Origin: an uncultured cyanobacterium | Lineage (GTDB): Bacteria; Cyanobacteriota; Cyanobacteriia; Leptolyngbyales; Leptolyngbyaceae | Direction of reading: 5' to 3' | DNA: 64,000 bases | NCBI GenBank assembly: GCA_963766075.1 | Contig: CAVYAN010000048.1 | Coordinates: forward strand, 52,266 to 116,265 | Made by a program: the position numbers and the translations under genes | The notes under the pieces: generated by a model | Seen by the model: only the letters and a program-made list of their open reading frames with translations | Database searches by the model: none | Told to the model about the DNA's origin: nothing | Part shown: piece after piece, positions 48,009 to 57,337 of the stretch | Layout: each line of letters begins with the position of its first letter | Position numbering within the stretch: the stretch's first letter is position 1

Positions 48009-48110
48009 ACGCTTCAGAATATCACTCGAAATGTTTCCGCCCCTGCTCGCCAGGGGCTTTTTTGTGCCCACTTTGGGCTTTTTTGTGCCCACTTTACCCA
48101 CTTTCAACCA

Positions 48111-51100
48111 ATGACTATCGCTTATAGACTGGTTCCCGCTCCCCTTTACTACAGTGGCGATGTTCGCGAAAAGCTGGAGAAAGCCCAAGCCGCAGCCGAA
48201 CAAGATGAGCGCTTCAAAGCAAATGTAGAACAACTTCTGGCAGTCCAGCCGCCGATGATTGGACTGGCCAATATCGAAGTCGGGTTCAACGCGCTCTGGA
48301 TACCGACCATTCTTCTAGAAAGGTTCATCTGGGACACACTCGGAGTGTCCGCAACGGTGAACCGATGCAGTGTTGCATCGGCCACCGAAATCGAAATTAA
48401 GAATCATCCCAGAACCTACGAAAACACGACGCAGTACGGCATTCGATGGGAAGACCAAAAGTCGGACAAGAATGGTCGCTTGCAGACGGTTGAATGTAGC
48501 CTGACAGGGGTGGAACTCATTGAGATGTCCGCCAACTTTAAGCACCCCAAAATCACGCAGAACACCCCGATTGGACGCCAACTCAACCCAGCCCTGACCG
48601 CTGGGGCGCGGCAAATCCAGATGAACCTAGAGGTAGCGTGGCGCGAATGGCTCAATGCCGACTCAGAGCGCCGCTGGAAGCTTGAGGAACTCTACAATCG
48701 GAGCTACAACGCCTTCAAGCTAGTCGATTGGTCCGGCGAGCATCTCACTTTGCCGGGGATGTCCGAAACGTGGCGGCGGCGGATGCGCCTGTGTCAGCTC
48801 GGGGCAATTTACCAGGGCACGCTGGGGAATGTCGGAGTCTTTCATGAGGTTGGCCTAGGGAAAACCGTCATCGGGGCTGCGATCGCCATGGAGCGAAAGC
48901 GGCTAGACCCCACCACGAAGACGGTGATCGTCGTCAAAAAGTCTACTTTGCTCCAGTACCCGCAGAAGTTTCGGGCGGCATACCCAAATGCCAATCTGCT
49001 GGTGGCCACGATGGATGACTGCAACGCGGGCAATCGCCAACTGTTCCTTGCCCGTGCGGCCACGGGGAGCTATGACGCGATCGTCATGACTCATCAGACT
49101 TTTGAGAAAATCGCCGTGAAGACGGAAACCTTGGTCAATGTGATCGAGCAACGCCTTGACCTCATCCAACGGGCAATGGAAGCGCATGAAAAACGGCGCA
49201 AAGAAGAAGGCAAGCGCGGGCGGAAGACTGCTGTGATGAAAGCGCTGGAGCGCAAGCGCAATCGCCTAGAGGCCAAGTTGGAATGGGCACAGGGCAAGAA
49301 AGATGTGGGCCTGACCTTCGAGGATTTAGGGATCAACCTGATTATTGCCGACGAAGCCGATGTGTACATCAACGGCGACATCGAAACAAAACTGACGGAC
49401 GTGAAGGGGCTGAACTTCTCCGACTGCGCGATCGCCGACGACTTCCAGCTAAAGTGCGACATTTTACGCGAGAGATATGGCTCGGGCCGCATCATCCTGA
49501 TGACCGGCACCTTCTACCGCAACGGCTTAGCTGATTTGTACGTGATGCAGCGCCTGCTGCAAGCAGATTTACTCAAAGACTGCGGGATTAACTGCTTTGA
49601 CGACTGGCTAAGCCTGTTTGGCAAAGTTCAGACCGCCCCAGAGATTGGCATTACGGGGCAAATCGCGATGACCAGCCGCCTCAACGACTTCACGAACTTG
49701 CCAGAGCTGATGCAGATGTTCACGCAGACGGCGAACATCAAGCGCTATGAGCAAGTGGCCGGGGCCGACATGAAGCGGCCTACACCCCGGTATGTAGACG
49801 TGGCTTGTCCCATGTCTGACTACCAACTGAGCTACATGGAGGCGCTGGTACGGCGGGCCGATGCCGTGAAGAGGGGTAATCCTGCCATTCTGGGCACCCG
49901 CAGGCTACCCGATGGCACAATCGTGGACAAGTACGACTGCCTGTTTTTGATCAGCACCGATGGTCGAAAGGTCAGCCTGCATGAGGAAATGGTCCAGCAC
50001 AACCACCCCATTGGCCGCAATGCTGGGTCAAAGCTGCGGCAATGCGCAGAGAACGTTTTCAAGCACTGGCAGGAAACTCACGCGGACCTCGGCACACAGC
50101 TTATCTTCCTCGATATGGGCACGCCAGGGGGTAAGGGCTTCGACACCTACAAGGATCTGAAAGTGCAGCTCATGGTGATGGGCATCCCCGCCGAACAGAT
50201 TCAGTTCATGCAGTCCTACAAGTCGGACGATGACAAGAGTGCATTGTTTGCCCGAGTCAACGCGGGCGAAGTGCGGGTGTTGATCGGCAGCACCGAAACC
50301 ATGGGCATCGGTGTGGATGTGCAGGATCGGATTTGTGCGATGCATCACCTCGATTGCCCGTGGAACCCAGCCAAACTGGAGCAGCGTGAAGGGCGAGGGA
50401 TTCGCAGTGGCAACCGCTTCGATATAGTCAGCATCTACCGCTATGTGACCCAAGGGCGCTCCGGCGCTGGGGCGCATAACTGCGGATTCGACAGTTTCAT
50501 GTGGCAAGTCGTTCAGAACAAGTTGCACATACTGAAACGCCTACTGCAAGGCGATCCCAAGATTCGGCGGCTCTCCGAGCAAGAAGACGCGCCGGTCTTC
50601 AGCGCCTCGGAAATCAAAGCCTTGGCCACAGGCGATCCCCGAATCATGCAGTACGTCGCGCTGGAGGATGAACTTGCGCAGGCAGAGCGGCTCTACAGCT
50701 CTGTGCAGAACGACCTCAACATGCTGGAGGACGGCAGAAACGGAATCAAGTTCACAACCGTCAAGATGCAACGGGACAAAGAAAAGCTTGCGGAATACAC
50801 GGCAGATTATGAATACGTGGTAAAACATGAGCAGCGTCAGCCCAAGATTGTCATCCTTGGAAACGAGTACTACGACGTCAAAGCGGCAGCGATCGCCCTC
50901 GCCAAGAATTGCGTGGAGCCGCTTTCAGAAAGTGAAGATCCCCCAGAATGGCGGAAAGTAGGCGACTACCAAGGATTCAAAATCCTGGTTTACGCCGCAA
51001 AAGGCTACAGGAGTCAAGTCTATCTAGAGAGTCCTACAGGCAACTCCTACGAGGTAGGGTTTTACAAAACCCCCGAGGTCATGGCTAGCCGCATGAAGGA

Positions 51101-51305
51101 GGCATTTCTATATGTCAAGGGCTTGTATAAAACGTATTCGGGATTTCTGACAAGTTCTAGAGAAACCCTTGACAAACTCAAGGTGGATCAGAAACGTAAA
51201 CTAGAAGAATTGCACTCAATGCAATTAAGCTTGCAAAATCTTCGATTACGGAAAGAACAAATGGAAGAACTTCTTGGCCTAAGTTCCGAAAAGAACGCGG
51301 CCTAA
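48111..51305 (+). CDS. SNF2-family helicase, C-terminal portion of a DarB-like protein
   Basis: YYSGDVREKL...NVEQL..VQP...I...F.A.WIP; HEVGLGKT; IADEAD; MTGT; VRVLIGSTETMGIGVDVQ; HHLDCPW.P..LEQREGRGIR.GN. Confidence 0.88.
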   Translation: MTIAYRLVPAPLYYSGDVREKLEKAQAAAEQDERFKANVEQLLAVQPPMIGLANIEVGFNALWIPTILLERFIWDTLGVSATVNRCSVASATEIEIKNHPRTYENTTQYGIRWEDQKSDKNGRLQTVECSLTGVELIEMSANFKHPKITQNTPIGRQLNPALTAGARQIQMNLEVAWREWLNADSERRWKLEELYNRSYNAFKLVDWSGEHLTLPGMSETWRRRMRLCQLGAIYQGTLGNVGVFHEVGLGKTVIGAAIAMERKRLDPTTKTVIVVKKSTLLQYPQKFRAAYPNANLLVATMDDCNAGNRQLFLARAATGSYDAIVMTHQTFEKIAVKTETLVNVIEQRLDLIQRAMEAHEKRRKEEGKRGRKTAVMKALERKRNRLEAKLEWAQGKKDVGLTFEDLGINLIIADEADVYINGDIETKLTDVKGLNFSDCAIADDFQLKCDILRERYGSGRIILMTGTFYRNGLADLYVMQRLLQADLLKDCGINCFDDWLSLFGKVQTAPEIGITGQIAMTSRLNDFTNLPELMQMFTQTANIKRYEQVAGADMKRPTPRYVDVACPMSDYQLSYMEALVRRADAVKRGNPAILGTRRLPDGTIVDKYDCLFLISTDGRKVSLHEEMVQHNHPIGRNAGSKLRQCAENVFKHWQETHADLGTQLIFLDMGTPGGKGFDTYKDLKVQLMVMGIPAEQIQFMQSYKSDDDKSALFARVNAGEVRVLIGSTETMGIGVDVQDRICAMHHLDCPWNPAKLEQREGRGIRSGNRFDIVSIYRYVTQGRSGAGAHNCGFDSFMWQVVQNKLHILKRLLQGDPKIRRLSEQEDAPVFSASEIKALATGDPRIMQYVALEDELAQAERLYSSVQNDLNMLEDGRNGIKFTTVKMQRDKEKLAEYTADYEYVVKHEQRQPKIVILGNEYYDVKAAAIALAKNCVEPLSESEDPPEWRKVGDYQGFKILVYAAKGYRSQVYLESPTGNSYEVGFYKTPEVMASRMKEAFLYVKGLYKTYSGFLTSSRETLDKLKVDQKRKLEELHSMQLSLQNLRLRKEQMEELLGLSSEKNAA

Positions 51306-51312
51306 AACCCTC

Positions 51313-51339
51313 TATACGGGCGACAATCCCGCCCGTATA
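51313..51339 (+). terminator. Hairpin after the helicase gene
   Basis: TATACGGGCG-acaatcc-CGCCCGTATA. Confidence 0.5.
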
Positions 51340-51363
51340 AGGTAAAATAAAAAATCTCATTTT

Positions 51364-52050
51364 ATGATTATGGATATGAACTTATCAACGACAGAGTTGG
51401 CACTAATCACCGGATTAGACACTAACCGGATAAGCTATTTAATTCGGTCTAAGAAAGATTTTCCCGCCAATATTGGCGGGAATTGGAAATCTTATGATTG
51501 CCAGTCTTTCTTGGATTGGTGCAATAGAAACGACATTTTTTATGACAAAACCGCTCTGGAAAAACTTCAGCAAGAGCGGCGGTTTTACATGACTGCCAAA
51601 GAAGTTCTGGAGGCGTTGGGGCGCTCCTACGGCAACAGGAGTGACGTGGCCTACCTCTATGCGGCGATCAAGGCCGGTAATTTTCCTCCTGCGAGCAAGG
51701 AGTCTCTCGGCAAGCGTCAACTCTGGAGTCGGCACGCGATCGCATCCTTCCTGAGACGCCGCCTCCCAGAGATTACGGAAAACCATTTTTCAAGAGAGGC
51801 TGTCGTTGCGGCGCTTAACGCGGTCACGGAGCGTTCGGTTACGCCAAACCTGCTATCCCAGTGGGTCCGGAACGGCTCATTTCCTCAGCCGAGCATTGAG
51901 TCAAAGGTTGGCCCGCGCCGCCCTGGACAGCGCAGTCGCCCGGTCGCTGATGTCCAGCACTGGCACGCGGGCGACCTCCAGGATCACCCATTGGGGGCCG
52001 AAGTCTTGGCGTGGCTGACCCGTAAAGGGGAGTGGGCTCAGGCGGGCTGA
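51364..52050 (+). CDS. Multi-repeat AlpA/excisionase-like HTH protein
   Basis: Three units each ending in ...FP.....W (KDFPA, GNFPP, GSFPQ). Confidence 0.6.
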   Translation: MIMDMNLSTTELALITGLDTNRISYLIRSKKDFPANIGGNWKSYDCQSFLDWCNRNDIFYDKTALEKLQQERRFYMTAKEVLEALGRSYGNRSDVAYLYAAIKAGNFPPASKESLGKRQLWSRHAIASFLRRRLPEITENHFSREAVVAALNAVTERSVTPNLLSQWVRNGSFPQPSIESKVGPRRPGQRSRPVADVQHWHAGDLQDHPLGAEVLAWLTRKGEWAQAG

Positions 52051-52082
52051 ATTGCCTCTGTCCGGGGTAGCACCTAGGAATC

Positions 52083-52135
52083 TGGCGGTGGTGGCGGGCA
52101 TTCTCAGGTGGAGTACATGCCCGCCACCACCGCCA
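52083..52135 (+). promoter_or_regulatory. Perfect 19-bp inverted repeat over the start region of the next gene
   Basis: TGGCGGTGGTGGCGGGCAT-15nt-ATGCCCGCCACCACCGCCA. Confidence 0.6.
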
Positions 52136-53145
52136 TGACAGACCCACGCGAGTTAACCCATGATCTGAGAGGACTGGGAAGTTTATCCCTGTCAGACCAA
52201 TCTGTTTTAGAGAGCTACATTATTTCCGAGCTTTGTTCCCGCTTTGAATTCCTACATTTCTGCCATGTCGAATTTTCCGGAGAAACCTGTTACATCAACA
52301 CGCCAAGTCCAGATGTTTCAGAGCTGATCGCAATTGATTTTTTAGAAATAAACTCTTGCGTTATGCTGTTGGCAGGAACATCAGCAACATATTTAATGCT
52401 GCAAGAAGATGTTCTTGAATTTATTGAAGAGGACAGCAGCATGTTAGCAGTAGCGGAACCGGGCGCGAGCGTACAAAACAGAAACGGAACTGGAACTTTA
52501 GTTGTCGATAGTCCTTCTGAACTATCAGGGGATGAGACAAACATTCGGATCGAGGATGTGCCAACCCTCCTAAACCGAATCGGCTTCACTGATGAAGGAA
52601 TGCAGCGGGAAGTGCTGGATCGGCTGCAAATTCCGCAAAGCGTTTTGCGGTCAGCAATAGATGCCACACTGACATCGCGCATGAACCGAACGCCAGCGCC
52701 TGCTCAATCAATTCAGGCTCAACCCGATCCAACGCCGACACCCACAGCGGCAACTCCGTCGCGTCGTCGTGGAGCACCGGCAGCAGCGAGCAAAACACCC
52801 GCAAAGGCAGCGAGCAAAACACCCGCAAAGGCAGGCAAAGCGCCGACAGCGAGCAAAGCACCCGTAAAAGCAGGCAAAGCACCAACAGCGAGCAAAGCAC
52901 CTACAAGAGCGGGAAAAAATCCGTTCAAGGGACTCAAGGTGAACGCCCGGAGTACACCGCTCACCCTGAAAGCGGCGCTGGAAATGGTGGCCCCCGACCT
53001 TGACGCCCAAAAGGAGCTGGCCACGCAGATGCTCAACCCCGACAATGAGCTTCGGAAAAGCTACCTGGCAATCCACACGGCTTGTAAGGCAACCATTTTG
53101 GACAAAAACCTGAGAGCGTTTGCAGAGGGCAAGACGGAAGGCTAG
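52108..53145 (+). CDS. Hypothetical protein with histone-H1-like A/K/P repeats (true start uncertain: 52108, 52117 or 52135)
   Basis: (ASKTPAKA) and (GKAPTASKAP) repeats. Confidence 0.65.
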   Translation: MEYMPATTAMTDPRELTHDLRGLGSLSLSDQSVLESYIISELCSRFEFLHFCHVEFSGETCYINTPSPDVSELIAIDFLEINSCVMLLAGTSATYLMLQEDVLEFIEEDSSMLAVAEPGASVQNRNGTGTLVVDSPSELSGDETNIRIEDVPTLLNRIGFTDEGMQREVLDRLQIPQSVLRSAIDATLTSRMNRTPAPAQSIQAQPDPTPTPTAATPSRRRGAPAAASKTPAKAASKTPAKAGKAPTASKAPVKAGKAPTASKAPTRAGKNPFKGLKVNARSTPLTLKAALEMVAPDLDAQKELATQMLNPDNELRKSYLAIHTACKATILDKNLRAFAEGKTEG

Positions 53146-53156
53146 GCGAAGCTTAA

Positions 53157-53212
53157 CAATTTAAAACAAGGGCGATCCAGGAAAATTCCCGGATCGCCCT
53201 TGTTTTAATTGT
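53157..53212. terminator. Long hairpin, probable terminator
   Basis: TAAAACAAGGGCGATCC..GGATCGCCCTTGTTTTA. Confidence 0.65.
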
Positions 53213-53396
53213 CTTTACAATGTAATATTTATTCCAATGGCAAAGAGCCGCGAGTCTGCCACAACTCACGGCTCTTCTGAAATTCGGCTTTGGGGGTGGC
53301 TAAACCAAACCAAGGCCCGGTATGAAGCGCTCCTTGCCATGCGTCTGCACCAGCAGGCGGCGCGTTTGTTGACCAATCACGATCACTCAGAATTAT

Positions 53397-54746
53397 ATGG
53401 TTTTCACAGCAACGGCGCAAGACTCTGGCGCTCCAATGGTAGCGCTTCGCCAAGAGTATTCAAGTCTAGTCGATTCCCTCATCACCTCGAACGCTTTTGT
53501 AGAGAGGGTTTTGGAGAACAGGGGTAGGGTGACCAAGGGAGTGCGGAAGTGTGCCGCCATCCTGATTAACGTACTAAACAGGCTTATTGCCTGGAAGGCG
53601 GGAAAAGACGGCACAGCTCCAGAAGAAACATGGTTCTGGCTGCCGCAGTACTCCACCGCCGACGCTGCGAAGCAGGAAGTGGCCAAAAAGTTTTCCCTCT
53701 ACCGAGAAATCCAGGGACTGTTCGCCCGCGATACGATTCGCTGGGCTCTACGGTTTCTCCAGGAGGTGATCGTGGGTTACGACGAGGGCCGTCCTCTCTA
53801 CCTGCTGGAGGCAACGCAGAACCCCACGCGGACTATCGACCAAACCTACTGGTACAGGCTAAGACCGCTGGATCTTGGTGTGACGCCCATTGCCGATATT
53901 TATCGACTCAATGCCGATAAATCTAGTTCCAGTGCCGACGAATCGGCAATATCCTCAGATCCATTCTCAGTTCCCTTCCTCAATATGGATCTTGAGAGAG
54001 AGTCAGCGAACCTTTCAAGGAAAGAGTCCGGAACGGGCACCCTGGACAGAGAAGATGTTTGGTGCCTGACTATGTTTGAGGCCGAATTTTCCGGACTGCG
54101 AGAGCGCCTGACGCCGCTCGGGATAGAACCGAATTTGCCGATCCAGAGACTGTTACGGGCGCACCCTGAGCGCGTCGAAGACGCGATCGCCTACGTCGCT
54201 GCCGCAACCTGGGCGAACAACCCTTCAGCCCTGTTTGTGACTGCGCTGAGAGAAGGCCGCAAGCCGCAGCCGAAGGCCGCAGCGATCGCCCCCGCGCCTA
54301 AAACGGTGGAGGATTTTCCGCCAGGGTTTTTAGAGCACCGAGCTGGACTGTGGAAAACGGGCGACACGCCGAAGTCGAAGGCATTTGCTCAGATGTCTGA
54401 GCCAGACCTAAAGGCGCTGATCGTGCAGTTTTACGCTAGGCATTCAGACGCTCTACCCCTTGATTTGCGGGCATTTCAGGAGTTTCAGGCTTCAAGAGCC
54501 AGACTGCCTGAGCCCGCCCCACTGGCGGCGGCAGAAGCTCCCGCCGTTGCAGCGCCGGATTTGTCAATACAAGCCACTGTCGATAGACGGGTGAATTTCC
54601 TGAGCGGCTTGACCCCTAACTTAAAAGTTGCCCAACTCCAATCCTGGGTGACAAGGGGAGAGGGCGAGATTGTTCAGCGGATTATTGAAGTGCTCAATGC
54701 GGCGGGGTTCAACGTCCGACTCAACAATGGATTAGTGGAGAGATAG
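53397..54746 (+). CDS. Putative replication initiator-like protein
   Basis: N-terminal wHTH-like region; C-terminal V.DAIAY.....A.NP.ALFV.ALREG.KP motif seen in cyanobacterial plasmid/phage Rep proteins. Confidence 0.5.
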   Translation: MVFTATAQDSGAPMVALRQEYSSLVDSLITSNAFVERVLENRGRVTKGVRKCAAILINVLNRLIAWKAGKDGTAPEETWFWLPQYSTADAAKQEVAKKFSLYREIQGLFARDTIRWALRFLQEVIVGYDEGRPLYLLEATQNPTRTIDQTYWYRLRPLDLGVTPIADIYRLNADKSSSSADESAISSDPFSVPFLNMDLERESANLSRKESGTGTLDREDVWCLTMFEAEFSGLRERLTPLGIEPNLPIQRLLRAHPERVEDAIAYVAAATWANNPSALFVTALREGRKPQPKAAAIAPAPKTVEDFPPGFLEHRAGLWKTGDTPKSKAFAQMSEPDLKALIVQFYARHSDALPLDLRAFQEFQASRARLPEPAPLAAAEAPAVAAPDLSIQATVDRRVNFLSGLTPNLKVAQLQSWVTRGEGEIVQRIIEVLNAAGFNVRLNNGLVER

Positions 54747-54751
54747 CCGCC

Positions 54752-55204
54752 ATGAACTATCGCGTAATCCACCCGTACCAAGGCGAGCAGCTTGTTCTCT
54801 TTACAGAAGAAGTTCAGATCGCGAGAGGGTACGATCTCCCGCCATTCACTCAACTTTCTCTAGAGGGTAGCTACCCTCTAGAGAAAGTTCCCGAGGTTGA
54901 GGAGTCGGAACCCGAGCCTGAGGAACAGGCTAATAAGCGCATTGCCCATGGCTGGCTCTTTTGGCGGGATCGCGTCAAGGTATCGCGCCCCGAAAACGGC
55001 GAGTCGAAAACCTACTACTGGCGCGAGCTTTGGTTTGGCTGGGAGCCAAAGAACCACCATGAGAGAAGCGTTTATGTGCCGGTCAAGCGGCAGAAGCGAG
55101 TGATTGAATCGGTCACTGCTGGCCGCTCGGTGGAGGATACCCTAGCCGCTATGGGTAAATCGGATCTTTTGCACAAAAGGAAAAACAAAAGTGCCAAAAA
55201 ATAA
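54752..55204 (+). CDS. Hypothetical protein
   Basis: Operon packing; contains a 38-bp palindrome. Confidence 0.6.
   Translation: MNYRVIHPYQGEQLVLFTEEVQIARGYDLPPFTQLSLEGSYPLEKVPEVEESEPEPEEQANKRIAHGWLFWRDRVKVSRPENGESKTYYWRELWFGWEPKNHHERSVYVPVKRQKRVIESVTAGRSVEDTLAAMGKSDLLHKRKNKSAKK
54852..54889. repeat. Perfect 38-bp palindrome built from two copies of the dispersed motif
   Basis: AACTTTCTCTAGAGGGTAG|CTACCCTCTAGAGAAAGTT. Confidence 0.85.
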
Positions 55205-55883
55205 CGTGATCCTGAGCCAGCTTGATGCGATCGCATGGCTCAGAACCCTACCAGACCAGTCTGTTGACCTGCTGATTACCGATCCGCCCTACGCCTCCCT
55301 GGAGAAGCACCGCAAGCGCGGAACTACGACACGATTGACTGTGAGCAAGGGTTCAAACAACCCCTGGTTCCCGGTTTTGCAAAACTATTATTTCCCGGAT
55401 TTTTTCACCGAGGTCTTCCGAGTCCTGAAGCTGAATCGGCATTTTTATTGTTTTTGTGACCAAGAAACCATGTTCGCGTTTAAGCCCATGGCCGAAGCCT
55501 GCGGCTTCAAATTCTGGAAGCCCTTGGTCTGGGATAAATGCGCCGTAGGAATGGGTTACCACTACCGAGCAAGGCACGAGTTCATTTTGTTTTTTGAAAA
55601 AGGTAGTTTGCGAGTGAACAACAATTCAGTGCCAGACATTTTGGCCTGCAAGAGGGTTCATCAGGGGTACCCGACCGAAAAGCCTGTGCCCTTGCTCAAA
55701 ACGTTGATTGAGCAGAGCAGTCAGTCCGATTGGGTTGTTGCCGATCCGTTCATGGGTTCAGGCAGCACGGGATCAGCCGCTCTGGCTTTGGGCCGTCATT
55801 TCTGGGGGAATGATATTTCAGATTCCGCTCTTGAACTTAGCTCCCAAAGACTAGATGATGGAGCGGAAGTCATAGGAGCTTGA
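55191..55883 (+). CDS. Beta-class N4/N6 DNA methyltransferase
   Basis: LLITDPPY ... YPTEKP..L ... DPFMGSGST. Confidence 0.92.
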   Translation: MPKNNVILSQLDAIAWLRTLPDQSVDLLITDPPYASLEKHRKRGTTTRLTVSKGSNNPWFPVLQNYYFPDFFTEVFRVLKLNRHFYCFCDQETMFAFKPMAEACGFKFWKPLVWDKCAVGMGYHYRARHEFILFFEKGSLRVNNNSVPDILACKRVHQGYPTEKPVPLLKTLIEQSSQSDWVVADPFMGSGSTGSAALALGRHFWGNDISDSALELSSQRLDDGAEVIGA

Positions 55884-55887
55884 GATC

Positions 55888-56403
55888 ATGATCACGGACC
55901 AATTCATACAGAAGATACTTGCCCAAAAGGGGCTGGTATCAATCGAAGCAAAAATCAGTGTTACGTCCGCTGACACTGGCTACAGCTATCACGTCACGAT
56001 CTGTGATTTGGATGGCAATAACCTAACGTTTCAGTCGGGCGAGTCCCTACAACAGACGATTCAGGGGTGTTATGAGCGCTGGCAGATTGCTCGCGAAGGC
56101 ATTCAATCGTTCATTCAGAAGATTTTTGCCCAGCAGGGACTGGTCAAGCTTGATACGCAAGTTGATCGGACGACAAACCGTACCGAACACCTCTACCACG
56201 TCACTATCTGTGACTTGAATGGCCAGAATATGACATTTCAGTTGGGCGAGTCCCTTCAACAGGCGGCAGAGCGGTGTTATGAGCGCTGGCAAGCTGCTCG
56301 TGCAGGGGTCGCTCTGGAACCTCTGGAACCCGAACCGCCGAAACCCGCCTTAGTGGCCGAGGTTGCTGTGGAAGTTCTGGGCACAATAAGCCCGATCAAC
56401 TGA
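55888..56403 (+). CDS. Hypothetical protein with an internal two-domain duplication
   Basis: FIQKI.AQ.GLV...YHVTICDL.G.N.TFQ.GESLQQ....CYERWQ.AR.G occurs twice. Confidence 0.7.
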   Translation: MITDQFIQKILAQKGLVSIEAKISVTSADTGYSYHVTICDLDGNNLTFQSGESLQQTIQGCYERWQIAREGIQSFIQKIFAQQGLVKLDTQVDRTTNRTEHLYHVTICDLNGQNMTFQLGESLQQAAERCYERWQAARAGVALEPLEPEPPKPALVAEVAVEVLGTISPIN

Positions 56404-56752
56404 TAACAGGGAAGCTGCTAAGCGATCGCACGACAGCCGTGCGATCGCTTTTTATTGGGCGCGGTTCAACCCAAAATCCTTTGTTGAGCGGGCGAGTCTT
56501 CACCTCCCAGTAGCCCAGTAGCTCTGAGACAAACAAATAATCCTGTGGCTTGATGCAGGGCACGCCCAGGGCGTAGCTCGCCAGGAGTCGATACTCTTGT
56601 CTGACGCTGACTCGGGGGTATCCGGCAATGAGCTTGAAAATATTTATGCCGTGGCACAGCATTCTTGAGGCGATTGGATGCTGCCACTTTTCCATTAGGT
56701 CAAGCTGGGCAATGCGGGCAAGCAAGGCGGATTGGTCAGAATTTAAGAGCAT
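56396..56752 (-). CDS. Hypothetical protein
   Basis: ORF converging on the + strand run. Confidence 0.45.
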   Translation of the reverse strand: MLLNSDQSALLARIAQLDLMEKWQHPIASRMLCHGINIFKLIAGYPRVSVRQEYRLLASYALGVPCIKPQDYLFVSELLGYWEVKTRPLNKGFWVEPRPIKSDRTAVVRSLSSFPVIS

Positions 56753-56845
56753 TGCAAACCCGTGTAGTCAGGAAAATTTTCCTCTACATTGTTGCTCAAA
56801 ATTTGGAATATATCGGTATCAATTTTGTTTATTGGGCGCAACAAA

Positions 56846-57310
56846 TTACGCCGCTGGCACTGACAAAAAGCACGTTTTGGGGAAATGGCAGTCTGTTAGC
56901 AAATTGTTCCACCCTGCTCGCGTCTCGCCTGAAAGCGGATGCCCTGCTTCAGAAAGTAGCCAGTCCAAGTGCGCGATCGCTGCTGCCAGCGTCTGCACAG
57001 ACTGCAATTGCGGCGTGCTTAGCACTGTTTTCACATTGTTCCAATGATCCTGAGCGGCATATCCCGCTGCTGCCACTTGTCCCAGCACCGCTGAATACAA
57101 GGGATTTCCAGGAAATTGAAACTCACTCACCAGTTTGTGCCAGTCTGGCGGAAATGTCGGCGCGAAATTTTCGACAATAGCTAGGGCAGCCTGTCTCTGT
57201 TCCTCCGTCGCTTCTTCCTGGAAATCAATGGAGTATCCGTCTTCCCCTGCGGACACCCCATTGATTGGAATTCCCGCTGCTGCAATTTGGTCGTGTAGTT
57301 GAATTAGCAT
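56846..57310 (-). CDS. Hypothetical protein downstream of the tail fibre (possible assembly chaperone)
   Basis: Position; I.GVS......IDF...AT.EQ..AA..I motif. Confidence 0.55.
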   Translation of the reverse strand: MLIQLHDQIAAAGIPINGVSAGEDGYSIDFQEEATEEQRQAALAIVENFAPTFPPDWHKLVSEFQFPGNPLYSAVLGQVAAAGYAAQDHWNNVKTVLSTPQLQSVQTLAAAIAHLDWLLSEAGHPLSGETRAGWNNLLTDCHFPKTCFLSVPAA

Positions 57311-57337
57311 GGCTTTGCCTCTAGGTATCACAGAATC

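Noticed and set aside
54852..54889. Palindrome as a protelomerase (telRL) site
   Set aside because: No protelomerase gene was recognised, it lies inside an ORF, and its half-site recurs elsewhere; kept under the dispersed-motif finding
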